Assembly (NCBI GenBank): GCA_017379815.1
Contig: JAFNVK010000129.1
Span: 1 to 31,116, forward strand
Length of the DNA stretch: 31,116 nt
Origin: Clostridia bacterium
GTDB taxonomy: Bacteria > Bacillota > Clostridia > Oscillospirales > CAG-272
Reading direction: 5' to 3'
Shown here: positions 14,655-22,900 of the stretch, in pieces
Layout of the letters: every line of letters starts with the position of its first letter
Position numbering within the stretch: the first letter of the stretch is position 1
Program-made: the position numbers and the translations under genes
Notes under the pieces: model-generated
Told to the model about the DNA's origin: nothing
What the model saw: the letters and a program-made list of their open reading frames with translations, nothing else
The model's database searches: none

Positions 14655-15026
14655 ATGGCAACCAAAAGGGTAACCAAAACCGTTGCGGCGCAAGCGTCCG
14701 GAACGGGTATGATTAAAACAGAAAAACTTACAAAGGAGAATGGAAACATGGTACAACAGGCATTAGGTTTGATCGAGACTCGCGGTCTCGTCGCTGCAAT
14801 CGAGGCAGCAGACGCAATGCTCAAGGCAGCAAACGTTGAGCTGGTTGGCACGGAGAAGATCGGTTCCGGTCTCGTATCCGTTATGGTCCGCGGCGACGTT
14901 GGTGCAGTTAAGGCAGCTGTTGAGGCAGGTGCTGCAACCGCTTCCGGCCTTGGCGAGATCATCGCAACGCACGTCATTCCCAGACCCCACACCGACGTTG
15001 AGAAGATTCTTCCCACGCTGAAGTAA
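14655..15026 (+). CDS. Canonical BMC-H shell protein with possible 31-aa N-terminal extension (alternative start 14748)
   Basis: BMC domain from [13 protein letters not shown] (14748). Both ATG 14655 (AAGGAGG) and ATG 14748 (AAAGGAG) have an SD. Confidence 0.92.
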   Translation: MATKRVTKTVAAQASGTGMIKTEKLTKENGNMVQQALGLIETRGLVAAIEAADAMLKAANVELVGTEKIGSGLVSVMVRGDVGAVKAAVEAGAATASGLGEIIATHVIPRPHTDVEKILPTLK

Positions 15027-15036
15027 GATCTTCAAA

Positions 15037-15199
15037 CGCTCGCCCGTGGACGGGAGAGCGGCTCGCCCTTCTGCGAGTCGCTCCCTCCCGGGGGAGGAAA
15101 GGCTGCGAGTCTTGCGCGGAGTGCCGGGAACGACCGACGCGCGGCGCAAGCTTCGCAGAGCCCGAGCAGGGCAGAGCAGACCCCGGCTTTGCGGTCTGC
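15037..15199. other. GC-rich multi-hairpin intergenic element
   Basis: Five local inverted repeats: 15037-15060, 15061-15078, 15084-15097, 15103-15158 and 15176-15199. Confidence 0.6.
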
Positions 15200-15231
15200 A
15201 AAAATTCGGATCAAGAAAGGATACATCCAAA

Positions 15232-15483
15232 ATGATCATTGGAACAGTTGTTGGCAGTATCGTGGCCACCAGAAAGAACGAAAGACTCGTTGGACAAAAG
15301 CTGTTGATCATCCGTCCTCTGGAGAATATGGAGGAAAAGAGAGAATTCGTTGCCATCGACAACGTGGGCGCAGGCATTGGCGAGACCGTGCTGGTTGCCC
15401 GTGGCTCGGCGGCCAGAATCGGTTGCGATCTGGAGAGATCTCCGGTCGACGCCGCGATCGTAGGTATCGTAGACGAAAATTAA
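15232..15483 (+). CDS. eutN: BMC-P pentamer (EutN/CcmL/PduN family)
   Basis: MIIGTVVGSIVATRK, VAIDNVGAGIGETVLV, PVDAAIVGIVD; RBS gaaagga. Confidence 0.95.
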   Translation: MIIGTVVGSIVATRKNERLVGQKLLIIRPLENMEEKREFVAIDNVGAGIGETVLVARGSAARIGCDLERSPVDAAIVGIVDEN

Positions 15484-15535
15484 CTCCGTGTCCTTTTTTC
15501 GCGGAAGACTCACAGAAAGGAACGGACTGTAATCC

Positions 15536-16870
15536 ATGGACCTGAAGAAATTAGCAGAGCTTTTGCGGAACGCGGGCGTCGTTGGCGCCGGCGGAGCAGG
15601 CTTTCCGTCCTATGCAAAACTGAATATGGCTGCGGATACCGTGATCCTGAACTGTGCGGAATGCGAGCCCCTGCTCAAGCTGCACCGTCAGCTCCTGGCG
15701 CGTCACGCCGAGGAGATCCTGATGATGCTGGAGGAGATCGCCGCAACGCTTGAGGCTGATCGCGTGATCATTGCGATCAAGCCGGCCTACCGTGAGGCGA
15801 TCGAGGCGCTCAATGCACGTCTTGGGCATTTCCCCAGGGCACGGATCAGCCTTCTCCCCGAGATCTATCCCGCGGGAGACGAGGTGGTCACCATTTACGA
15901 GACGACGGGACGCGTGGTCGCTCCCGGTGCGCTTCCCATCACGGTGGGATGCATCGTCTACAACGTGGAGACCGTGTATAACGCTTATCGCGCGTGGAGG
16001 GAAAACGCTCCCGTCACGCATAAATACGTCACCGTTGCGGGCGCGGTCAACAGCCCCGCGACCTTCCGCGCTCCTCTCGGCATCACCTACCGTGAGCTGA
16101 TCCGCCTGGCAGGCGGAGAGAGCGAGGAGAATACCGTGATCATCGCAGGCGGCCCCATGACGGGGCAGGTTGCACGTCCCGACGACGTCGTGACCAAGAC
16201 CTCGAACGCCGTGCTGGTCCTGCCCAAGAATTCTCCCGTGGTGCAGAAGCGTTTGGCACCCATCTCCATTCAGATCAAGAGATCCATGGCGGCCTGCTGC
16301 CAGTGCCGGATGTGCACCGATCTTTGCTCCAGACATCTTCTCGGGCAGCCGATCGAGCCGCACAAGATCATGCGCGCGGCAGCCAGCGGCGCGATCTCGG
16401 ATCCCCGTGCGCTGCTTGGCGCATTTTCCTGCTCCTCCTGCGGCATCTGCGAGATGTACGCCTGCGGACAGGATCTCACGCCTCGCCGCATCATTGCCGA
16501 GATCAAGGACGAGCTGCTCAAGAACGGCGTTACTGCCCCCAAGGGACTCCCCTCGGCGGGTGTGGATTCGACCCGAGAGGCCAGAATGGTGCCCCTGACC
16601 CGTCTTACGGGACGGCTGGGACTTTCCCAATACGACGTGGACGCTCCGATCAGCGATCGGCACGTTCGCACAAAGGAGGTCAAGCTCATGCTTGCGCAGA
16701 GCATTGGCGCTCCCGCCGTTGCCGCGGTGGCCGTTGGCGACGAGGTAAGGGCAGGGGATGCCGTTGGCACCTTTGCACAGGATAAGCTGGGAACGGGTGT
16801 TCACGCACCCTTTGACGGAAAAGTCACCAAGGTGACCGATCACTACGTTGTGATCCGCACGAACGCTTGA
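15536..16870 (+). CDS. pduS: PduS-like flavin/Fe-S oxidoreductase (RnfC/SLBB family)
   Basis: GVVGAGGAGFPSYAK, NCAECEP, GGPMTG, CCQCRMCTDLC, CSSCGICEMYAC; C-terminal VHAPFDG. Confidence 0.9.
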   Translation: MDLKKLAELLRNAGVVGAGGAGFPSYAKLNMAADTVILNCAECEPLLKLHRQLLARHAEEILMMLEEIAATLEADRVIIAIKPAYREAIEALNARLGHFPRARISLLPEIYPAGDEVVTIYETTGRVVAPGALPITVGCIVYNVETVYNAYRAWRENAPVTHKYVTVAGAVNSPATFRAPLGITYRELIRLAGGESEENTVIIAGGPMTGQVARPDDVVTKTSNAVLVLPKNSPVVQKRLAPISIQIKRSMAACCQCRMCTDLCSRHLLGQPIEPHKIMRAAASGAISDPRALLGAFSCSSCGICEMYACGQDLTPRRIIAEIKDELLKNGVTAPKGLPSAGVDSTREARMVPLTRLTGRLGLSQYDVDAPISDRHVRTKEVKLMLAQSIGAPAVAAVAVGDEVRAGDAVGTFAQDKLGTGVHAPFDGKVTKVTDHYVVIRTNA

Positions 16871-16894
16871 AGAAAGAAAGGATGACGTTGCAGA

Positions 16895-17446
16895 ATGAAG
16901 AATAAAGCAATCGGCATGGTCGAATATCAAACGGTCTCCACGGGCATTACCGCGGCAGATCTGATGATCAAGACCGCAAGCGTTGAGGTTTTGCAGTCCT
17001 CGGTGGTCTGTCCCGGAAAGTACATCACCCTGATCGCCGGAGAGCTTTCCGCGATCCGTGCGGCGATCGACGCCGCAAAGGTCCGCTTTGGCGAAAAGCT
17101 GACCGACTCCTTCGTGCTGGGCAATCCGCACGAGGATATTTTCCCCGCGATCTACGGAGGCGCTCCCGTGGAAAATGCAAGAGCGCTTGGCATTCTGGAG
17201 ACCTTCTCCACGCCGGCCATCATCGTGGCGGCAGATACCGCGGCAAAGACCAGCGACGTCTCCCTGCTTGAGCTTCGCATCGCACGCGGCATGGGCGGAA
17301 AGTCCTATCTGCTTCTGACGGGTGACGTGGCGGCCGTTACGGCGGCGATCGAGACCGCAGGCGCGCGGATCGCGCGCGACGGTATGCTGGTGGACAGCTC
17401 GGTCATTCCAAATCCCGACAAGAGCCTTTGGGCATCGATCCTGTAA
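16895..17446 (+). CDS. pduT: BMC-T tandem-domain shell protein, PduT-like
   Basis: Two BMC domains; VVCPGKY carries the conserved Fe-S-ligating Cys; GMGGKS. Confidence 0.92.
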   Translation: MKNKAIGMVEYQTVSTGITAADLMIKTASVEVLQSSVVCPGKYITLIAGELSAIRAAIDAAKVRFGEKLTDSFVLGNPHEDIFPAIYGGAPVENARALGILETFSTPAIIVAADTAAKTSDVSLLELRIARGMGGKSYLLLTGDVAAVTAAIETAGARIARDGMLVDSSVIPNPDKSLWASIL

Positions 17447-17450
17447 GCCT

Positions 17451-18209
17451 ATGCTGCCGATCGAAAGAAGAAACGAGATCCTGCAGCAGCTGATGATGGA
17501 CGGCAGGGTCGTCGTCAGCGAGCTTGCCGAGCATTATCAGGTCACGGAGGAGACCATTCGCCGCGATCTGGAAAGGCTGGAGGCAGACGGATACGCCAAG
17601 AAGACCTACGGCGGTGCCGTTCGCAACGACAGCATGACGTCGGAGCTGCCGTACATCGTACGCAAGCAGACCAACGTCAGTGGGAAAAAGTATATTGCTG
17701 AGCTGATCGGCTCTCTGATCGGGGACGGCGACAGCCTTCTCCTGGATTCGAGCACGACCGCTCTGTTTACGGTCAAGAGCATTTTCTCCAAGCACAATCT
17801 GACCATCGTGACCAATTCCGTGGAGATCCTTCTGGATCTGCCGCAGAATCACGATTGGAGCATCATTTCCACGGGCGGATCCTACCGCCACGAGTCCATG
17901 GCCTTCTACGGCAGCGATGCCGAGGACGTGGTAAGCAAGTATTACGTGGATTATGCGATCCTCTCCTGCAAGGGGTTGGATATGGAGAAGGGGATCACCG
18001 ACACGCGTGAGCCCTTTGCCCATTTGAAGTCCGGCTTCCTCAAGTCGGCAAAAAAGGTGATCCTTGCCGTGGATCACACCAAGTTTGATAAGATCTCCTT
18101 CGTGCGCTTCGGGGATCTGCGAAACGTGGATCTCGTCGTTACCGACGCTGAGCCGAGCGAAAAATGGAAGCGCTTCTTTGCAGAGCAGAACGTTGAATTG
18201 GTCTATTGA
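17451..18209 (+). CDS. DeoR/GlpR family transcriptional regulator
   Basis: HTH VSELAEHYQVTEETIRRDL, KKTYGGA, LDSSTT, IVTNS, DHTKF. Confidence 0.93.
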   Translation: MLPIERRNEILQQLMMDGRVVVSELAEHYQVTEETIRRDLERLEADGYAKKTYGGAVRNDSMTSELPYIVRKQTNVSGKKYIAELIGSLIGDGDSLLLDSSTTALFTVKSIFSKHNLTIVTNSVEILLDLPQNHDWSIISTGGSYRHESMAFYGSDAEDVVSKYYVDYAILSCKGLDMEKGITDTREPFAHLKSGFLKSAKKVILAVDHTKFDKISFVRFGDLRNVDLVVTDAEPSEKWKRFFAEQNVELVY

Positions 18210-18249
18210 CCGTTTGCATTGTATTTGATACGGAAAGGATGGAATGTTG

Positions 18250-19452
18250 ATGAAAATTCTGGTTTTGAATGCCGGTAGCTCTTCTCTGAAATACCAGCTT
18301 TTTGATATGGAAAAGGAAACGATCCTCGCCAAGGGCCTTTGCGAGCGTATTGGTACCGGAGGTGCCGTTACGCATAAGCCGACGGGGAAGGATCCGGTCT
18401 CCGAGGAGATCTCTCTGCCCGATCACGGCGCCGCTCTTGAGCGCGTGCTTGCCCTTCTGACCGATGCTACGCACGGCGTGGTTGCCTCTATCGAGGAGAT
18501 CGACGCGGTCGGACATCGCGTGGCACACGGCGGTGAGGAGCTCAAGGAGTCTGCACGCATCACGGCCAGCACCATTGCTTATCTGGAGTCCATCATTCCG
18601 ATCAATCCTTTGCACGGCCCTCCGGCCATCGCAGGAATCAAGGCTTGCCTTGCTCTGATGCCCTCGGTTCCGCAGGTTGCCGTGTTTGATACCTCCTTCT
18701 ATTCCGAGATCGAGGATTTCCGTTACGTTTACCCCATTCCGTATGAGTTCTACGAGCAGGACCGCGTTCGCCGCTACGGCTTCCACGGCACCTCTCACCG
18801 CTTCGTCAGCGCTGAGCTGGCAAAGGTCCTTGGCAAGCCGATCGAGGAATTGAAGATCGTCACCTGCCACCTGGGCAACGGCTCCTCCATTACCGCCGTA
18901 GACGGCGGCAAGGCGATCGACACCTCCATGGGCTTTACCCCTCAGGAGGGCATCTGCATGGGCACGCGCTCGGGCACGATCGACCCCACAGTGGTCACCT
19001 ATCTGATGAAGAAGCATGGCTACTCCGCCCAGGAGATGGAGGACATCCTCAACAAGAAGAGCGGATTTTTGGGCGTTTCCGGTATTTCCAACGACACCCG
19101 TGACGTGGATGCCGCCGCCAAGGCCGGTAACTACCGCGCCGAGCTTTCGCTCAAGATCCTGGCCAACGGCATCAAGAAGCACATCGGTGCGTACGCCGCC
19201 GAGATGAACGGTCTTGACGCTCTCGTCTTTACCGCAGGCATCGGCGAGAACCAGGCCAACATCCGCGAGAAGGTCTGCGAGAACATGAAGTTCCTCGGCA
19301 TTGAGATCGACGTGGACAAGAACAACAACTTTACGCGCGGCGTTCCCTTTGACATTACCAAGGAGGGAGCTCGTGTGGCGACCTGGATCATTCCCACCAA
19401 CGAGGAGTATATGATCGCGATCGATACCCAGAGATTGACGCAGGGCAACTGA
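18250..19452 (+). CDS. ackA: Acetate/propionate kinase
   Basis: ILVLNAGSSSLKYQL, GHRVAHGGE, NPLHGP, RRYGFHGTSH, CHLGNG, DTSMG, GTRSG, FTAGIGEN, PTNEE. Alternative start ATG 18244. Confidence 0.95.
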   Translation: MKILVLNAGSSSLKYQLFDMEKETILAKGLCERIGTGGAVTHKPTGKDPVSEEISLPDHGAALERVLALLTDATHGVVASIEEIDAVGHRVAHGGEELKESARITASTIAYLESIIPINPLHGPPAIAGIKACLALMPSVPQVAVFDTSFYSEIEDFRYVYPIPYEFYEQDRVRRYGFHGTSHRFVSAELAKVLGKPIEELKIVTCHLGNGSSITAVDGGKAIDTSMGFTPQEGICMGTRSGTIDPTVVTYLMKKHGYSAQEMEDILNKKSGFLGVSGISNDTRDVDAAAKAGNYRAELSLKILANGIKKHIGAYAAEMNGLDALVFTAGIGENQANIREKVCENMKFLGIEIDVDKNNNFTRGVPFDITKEGARVATWIIPTNEEYMIAIDTQRLTQGN

Positions 19453-19470
19453 TAGAAAGGTGGATTTACC

Positions 19471-20916
19471 GTGGCAACTTACAGCGAGTCCGATATCCGT
19501 AAAATTGTAGAAGCGATCGTGAGGAATACGGCGGGAGCCGCATCCTCCGCATCCTATACCTCGACGACCTATAACGGCAGAAGCCTGATCGGTATTTACG
19601 AGGATATGAACGAGGCCATCGACGCCGCAGAGCAGGGCTACCGTGCCGTGCGCGCGATGACCGTTGAGCAGAGAGAAAAGATCATCACCGAGATCCGCCG
19701 TCTGACCGTGGCCGAGGCCGCGATCATGGCCGAAATGGGCGTTGCCGAGACCGGCATGGGCCGCGTGGATCACAAGAAGGCCAAGCACCTTCTGGTGGCC
19801 GAGAAGACCCCCGGAACCGAGGACATCGTTTCCGAGGCCAAGACGGGCGACAACGGTCTTACCCTGACCGAGATGGCACCCTTTGGCGTGGTCGGCGCGA
19901 TCACCCCCAGCACCAACCCCTCCGAGACGGTGATCTGCAACTCCATCGGCATGATCGCCGCAGGAAACGGCGTTGTCTTCAACCCGCACCCCAACGCGAT
20001 CTGCGTTTCCAACTACGCCGTTGACCTGGTCAACCGCGCATCCTACGCCGCAGGCGGACCGAAGGTACTGGTCTGCTCCATGGTCAAGCCCACGCTTGAC
20101 AGCGCCAAGATCATGCAGACGCATCCGAAGATCCGTCTTCTGGTCTGCACGGGAGGCCCGGGCGTCGTCAAGGCCGTGCTTTCCTCCGGAAAGAAGGCGA
20201 TCGGTGCAGGCGCAGGCAATCCCCCCGTCATCGTGGATGACACCGCCGACATCGCAAAGGCAGGAAAGGACATCATCGACGGATGCTCCTTTGACAACAA
20301 TCTGCCCTGCATTGCCGAGAAGGAGGTCTTTGCCTTCCGCAACATCGCAGACCGTCTGATCGAGGAGATGCAGAAGAACGGCGCGTACCTGATCAACCGC
20401 GAGCAGGCCGACAAGCTGGCCGGTATCGTGCTGGAGGAGAAGGTCAACAAGGCAGGCAAGACCGTCAAGTCGGTCAGCCGTACCTGCGTTGGACGCGATG
20501 CAAGAGTGCTTCTGGAGAAGATCGGCGTCAAGGTGGGCAGCGAGATCCGTTGCATCATCTGTGAGACCGACTTTATGCACGATTTCGTTCAGCACGAGCT
20601 GATGATGCCCATTCTGCCTATCGTTAGAGTGGACAACATTGCCGAGGCGATCGACCTTGCCGTCAAGGCAGAGCACGGCAACCGCCACACGGCGCATATG
20701 CACTCCAAGAACATCGATAATCTCTCCGCCTTTGCCAAGGCAGTGGAGACCACCATCTTCGTCAAGAACGCGCCCTCCTATGCGGGCATCGGCTTTGGCG
20801 GAGAGGGACACACCACCTTTACCATTGCAGGACCTACCGGCGAGGGCATTACCTCGGCGAGATCCTTTACCAGAAAGCGCAGATGCGTGCTTTCCGAGAA
20901 TTTCCGGATCATCTGA
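19471..20916 (+). CDS. pduP: CoA-acylating aldehyde (propionaldehyde) dehydrogenase with N-terminal encapsulation peptide
   Basis: PSTNP, TGGPGVV, GAGAGNPP, NLPCIAEKE, HELMMP, TIAGPTGEG; N-terminus ESDIRKIVEAIVRN. Confidence 0.92.
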   Translation: MATYSESDIRKIVEAIVRNTAGAASSASYTSTTYNGRSLIGIYEDMNEAIDAAEQGYRAVRAMTVEQREKIITEIRRLTVAEAAIMAEMGVAETGMGRVDHKKAKHLLVAEKTPGTEDIVSEAKTGDNGLTLTEMAPFGVVGAITPSTNPSETVICNSIGMIAAGNGVVFNPHPNAICVSNYAVDLVNRASYAAGGPKVLVCSMVKPTLDSAKIMQTHPKIRLLVCTGGPGVVKAVLSSGKKAIGAGAGNPPVIVDDTADIAKAGKDIIDGCSFDNNLPCIAEKEVFAFRNIADRLIEEMQKNGAYLINREQADKLAGIVLEEKVNKAGKTVKSVSRTCVGRDARVLLEKIGVKVGSEIRCIICETDFMHDFVQHELMMPILPIVRVDNIAEAIDLAVKAEHGNRHTAHMHSKNIDNLSAFAKAVETTIFVKNAPSYAGIGFGGEGHTTFTIAGPTGEGITSARSFTRKRRCVLSENFRII

Positions 20917-20937
20917 TCCTTCGCGGGAGACGTGGCT

Positions 20938-21594
20938 ATGAACTATACGGAACAAGAAATGCAAGCCCTCATCGACAACATCGTCAAGGCGGTTGTCGCG
21001 GGCGGCGTACAGAATAACGGCGAGATCCCCGTGGGCATCTCCAACCGTCATATCCATCTGACGCGTGAGCACGTGGATATCCTGTTCGGCAAGGGCTACG
21101 AGCTGACCAAGATCAAGGATCTTTCCCAGCCCGGCCAGTTTGCCTGCAAGGAGCAGCTCACCATCGTCGGCCCTTCCATGAGAGCCATCGAGGGTGTGCG
21201 CGTGCTGGGTCCTGAGCGCAAGAAGTCGCAGGTGGAGATCTCCAGAACCGACAGCTTCGTGCTCAAGGTCAAGCCCCCTGTGCGTGAGTCGGGCGATCTT
21301 TCGGGATCCTCTCCCATCACGATCATCGGCCCCAAGGGCGTGGTCACCCTCAGCGAGGGCTGCATCATTGCCAACCGCCACATTCACATGAGTGAGGAGG
21401 AGGGCAAGGCCTTTGGCGTTCGCGACGGCGAGTATTGCGACGTGGAGCTTTGCGGCGAGAGAAGAAGCCTGTTCTATGACGTGCAGATCCGCGTACACAA
21501 GGATTTTCGTCTGGAAATGCACATCGATACGGACGATGCCAATGCCGCAGGCGTTGGAAACGGCTTCCGTGCCAAGCTGATCAAGAGAAAGTAA
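20938..21594 (+). CDS. pduL: Phosphate propanoyltransferase with N-terminal encapsulation peptide
   Basis: IPVGISNRHIHL, LSQPGQFAC, VRVLGPER, RESGDL, ANRHIHM, HIDTDDANA; N-terminus EQEMQALIDNIVKAVV. Confidence 0.95.
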   Translation: MNYTEQEMQALIDNIVKAVVAGGVQNNGEIPVGISNRHIHLTREHVDILFGKGYELTKIKDLSQPGQFACKEQLTIVGPSMRAIEGVRVLGPERKKSQVEISRTDSFVLKVKPPVRESGDLSGSSPITIIGPKGVVTLSEGCIIANRHIHMSEEEGKAFGVRDGEYCDVELCGERRSLFYDVQIRVHKDFRLEMHIDTDDANAAGVGNGFRAKLIKRK

Positions 21595-21646
21595 GTCCCA
21601 TGCAAGGAGCGCACGACCGCGCCTTGCCACCGAGAAGGGAAAACCA

Positions 21647-22786
21647 ATGAATATGTTTTATTTGCGGTCGCGCATCTTCTTTGGAGAGGATGCGCTCGCC
21701 GCGCTTAAAGATATGGAGGCAAGGAACGTCACCATCATCACCGATGAGTTCCTCGTCAAAAACGGCGTGGCCGACCGTGTGGCCTCCATGATCACAGGGG
21801 CCCGTGAGGTGCGGATCTTTTCCGAGATCCGTCCCGATCCGCCGATCGATATGATCGCCAAGGCGCTTGCCTTTTTGCTGGAGAGTGACACCGACACCGT
21901 CGTCGCCGTGGGAGGAGGATCCTCCATTGACGCGGCCAAGGCAACGGTGCTGATGTACGAGCAGAAGGTCGGACGCGACGTCAAGCTGGTTGCCATTCCC
22001 ACCACGAGCGGAACGGGAAGCGAGGTCACGCGCGTGGCCGTCGTTACCGATCCCGAGGCGGGAAAGAAATATCCGCTCTTTTCGGAGGCACTGCTTCCCA
22101 ATGCGGCTATTCTTTCGGGGGACTTGACCGTCAGCGTTCCTCCCGCCGTTACGGCGCATACGGGCTTTGACGTCATCACGCACGCTCTAGAGGCCTACGT
22201 TTCGGTGAACGCAAACGATTTTACCGACGCCTTTGCCGAAAAAGCGCTCGAGCTGGCCTTCACCTACCTGCCCGTGGCCTACCGCGACGGGGAAAACCGA
22301 AAGGCGAGAGAAAAGATGCAAACGGCCTCCTGCCTTGCGGGAATGGCCTTTAACGATGCAGGACTTGGTGTCAACCACGGCATCGCACACGCGCTGGGAG
22401 CGGTCTTTCATCTGCCGCACGGCATGGCGAACGCGATGCTGCTCTACCACGTGATGCGCTACAACGCGGAGCTGGACACGGCCGCCTTTGCTGGCGAGCC
22501 CAATCGCGTTTGCAATCGCTTGGCACGCATCGCGCGCTTTATCCACCGTCCTGCCTTTACCAAGCAGCAGGGTGCGCGCAATCTGCTTGACGAGATCAAG
22601 CGCCTGACCGTGGAAATGAAGATCCCGCAGACGCTTGGTGAGGTGGGAGTCTCCCGCGAGGAATACGAGAAGATGCGTGAGCACATCGTGGAGAGCGCTT
22701 TGCGTGATGCCTGCACGGCGACTAATCCGCGCAAGCCGGACGCAAACGCGATCCGCACGATCCTGCGCGGCATCGAACGCTTCTGA
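21647..22786 (+). CDS. Iron-containing alcohol dehydrogenase (PduQ/EutG/FucO family)
   Basis: GGGSSIDAAK, PTTSGTGSEVT, DVITHALE, HGIAH, HGMANA. Confidence 0.92.
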   Translation: MNMFYLRSRIFFGEDALAALKDMEARNVTIITDEFLVKNGVADRVASMITGAREVRIFSEIRPDPPIDMIAKALAFLLESDTDTVVAVGGGSSIDAAKATVLMYEQKVGRDVKLVAIPTTSGTGSEVTRVAVVTDPEAGKKYPLFSEALLPNAAILSGDLTVSVPPAVTAHTGFDVITHALEAYVSVNANDFTDAFAEKALELAFTYLPVAYRDGENRKAREKMQTASCLAGMAFNDAGLGVNHGIAHALGAVFHLPHGMANAMLLYHVMRYNAELDTAAFAGEPNRVCNRLARIARFIHRPAFTKQQGARNLLDEIKRLTVEMKIPQTLGEVGVSREEYEKMREHIVESALRDACTATNPRKPDANAIRTILRGIERF

Positions 22787-22818
22787 ACAAAGGAAAAAGC
22801 GGCAACGCTTGCTACACG

Positions 22819-22865
22819 AAAAAAGGTACGCTCCATGCAAAACGCATGGAGCGTACCTCTCTTTT
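22819..22865. terminator. Bidirectional intrinsic terminator between the BMC operon and the pantothenate kinase gene
   Basis: Perfect 15-bp stem aggtacgctccatgc-aaaac-gcatggagcgtacct, with an A-run before and ctctttt after; lies between convergent genes. Confidence 0.9.
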
Positions 22866-22900
22866 GGCAGGGCGGGGAGCCGCTGCGCCAAGGAATGGCT

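Larger units (their letters stand above)
6658..22786 (+). other. Glycyl-radical bacterial microcompartment locus, GRM5-type (fucose/rhamnose-derived 1,2-propanediol)
   Basis: Co-oriented GRE, activase, class II aldolase, aldehyde dehydrogenase, PduL, ADHs, BMC-H, BMC-T and BMC-P shell genes, PduS and DeoR. The content resembles the known Clostridium phytofermentans and Roseburia inulinivorans loci. Confidence 0.9.

Noticed and set aside
15046-15231. N-terminal extension of EutN in the ORF track (likewise the extensions at 1329, 5569, 10351 and 17322)
   Set aside because: They run through hairpins, promoters or the upstream gene, and the family N-terminus begins at the downstream start (EutN, ACP and HAD also have an SD there).
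15536-16870. RnfC subunit of an Rnf complex
   Set aside because: No rnfDGEAB genes are nearby; its position between eutN and pduT identifies it as PduS-like.
18139-21630. 1163-aa minus-strand ORF, and similar long antisense ORFs at 2251-4407, 6886-9159, 12238-13527, 15551-17131 and 27588-29570
   Set aside because: These are shadow frames opposite well-supported genes. GC3-biased codon usage removes antisense stops, and they have no recognisable motifs or RBS.
6463-22900. BMC locus as a mobile or recently acquired island
   Set aside because: No integrase, transposase, tRNA target or flanking direct repeats were seen, and codon style looks similar to the flanking housekeeping genes by eye (not computed).
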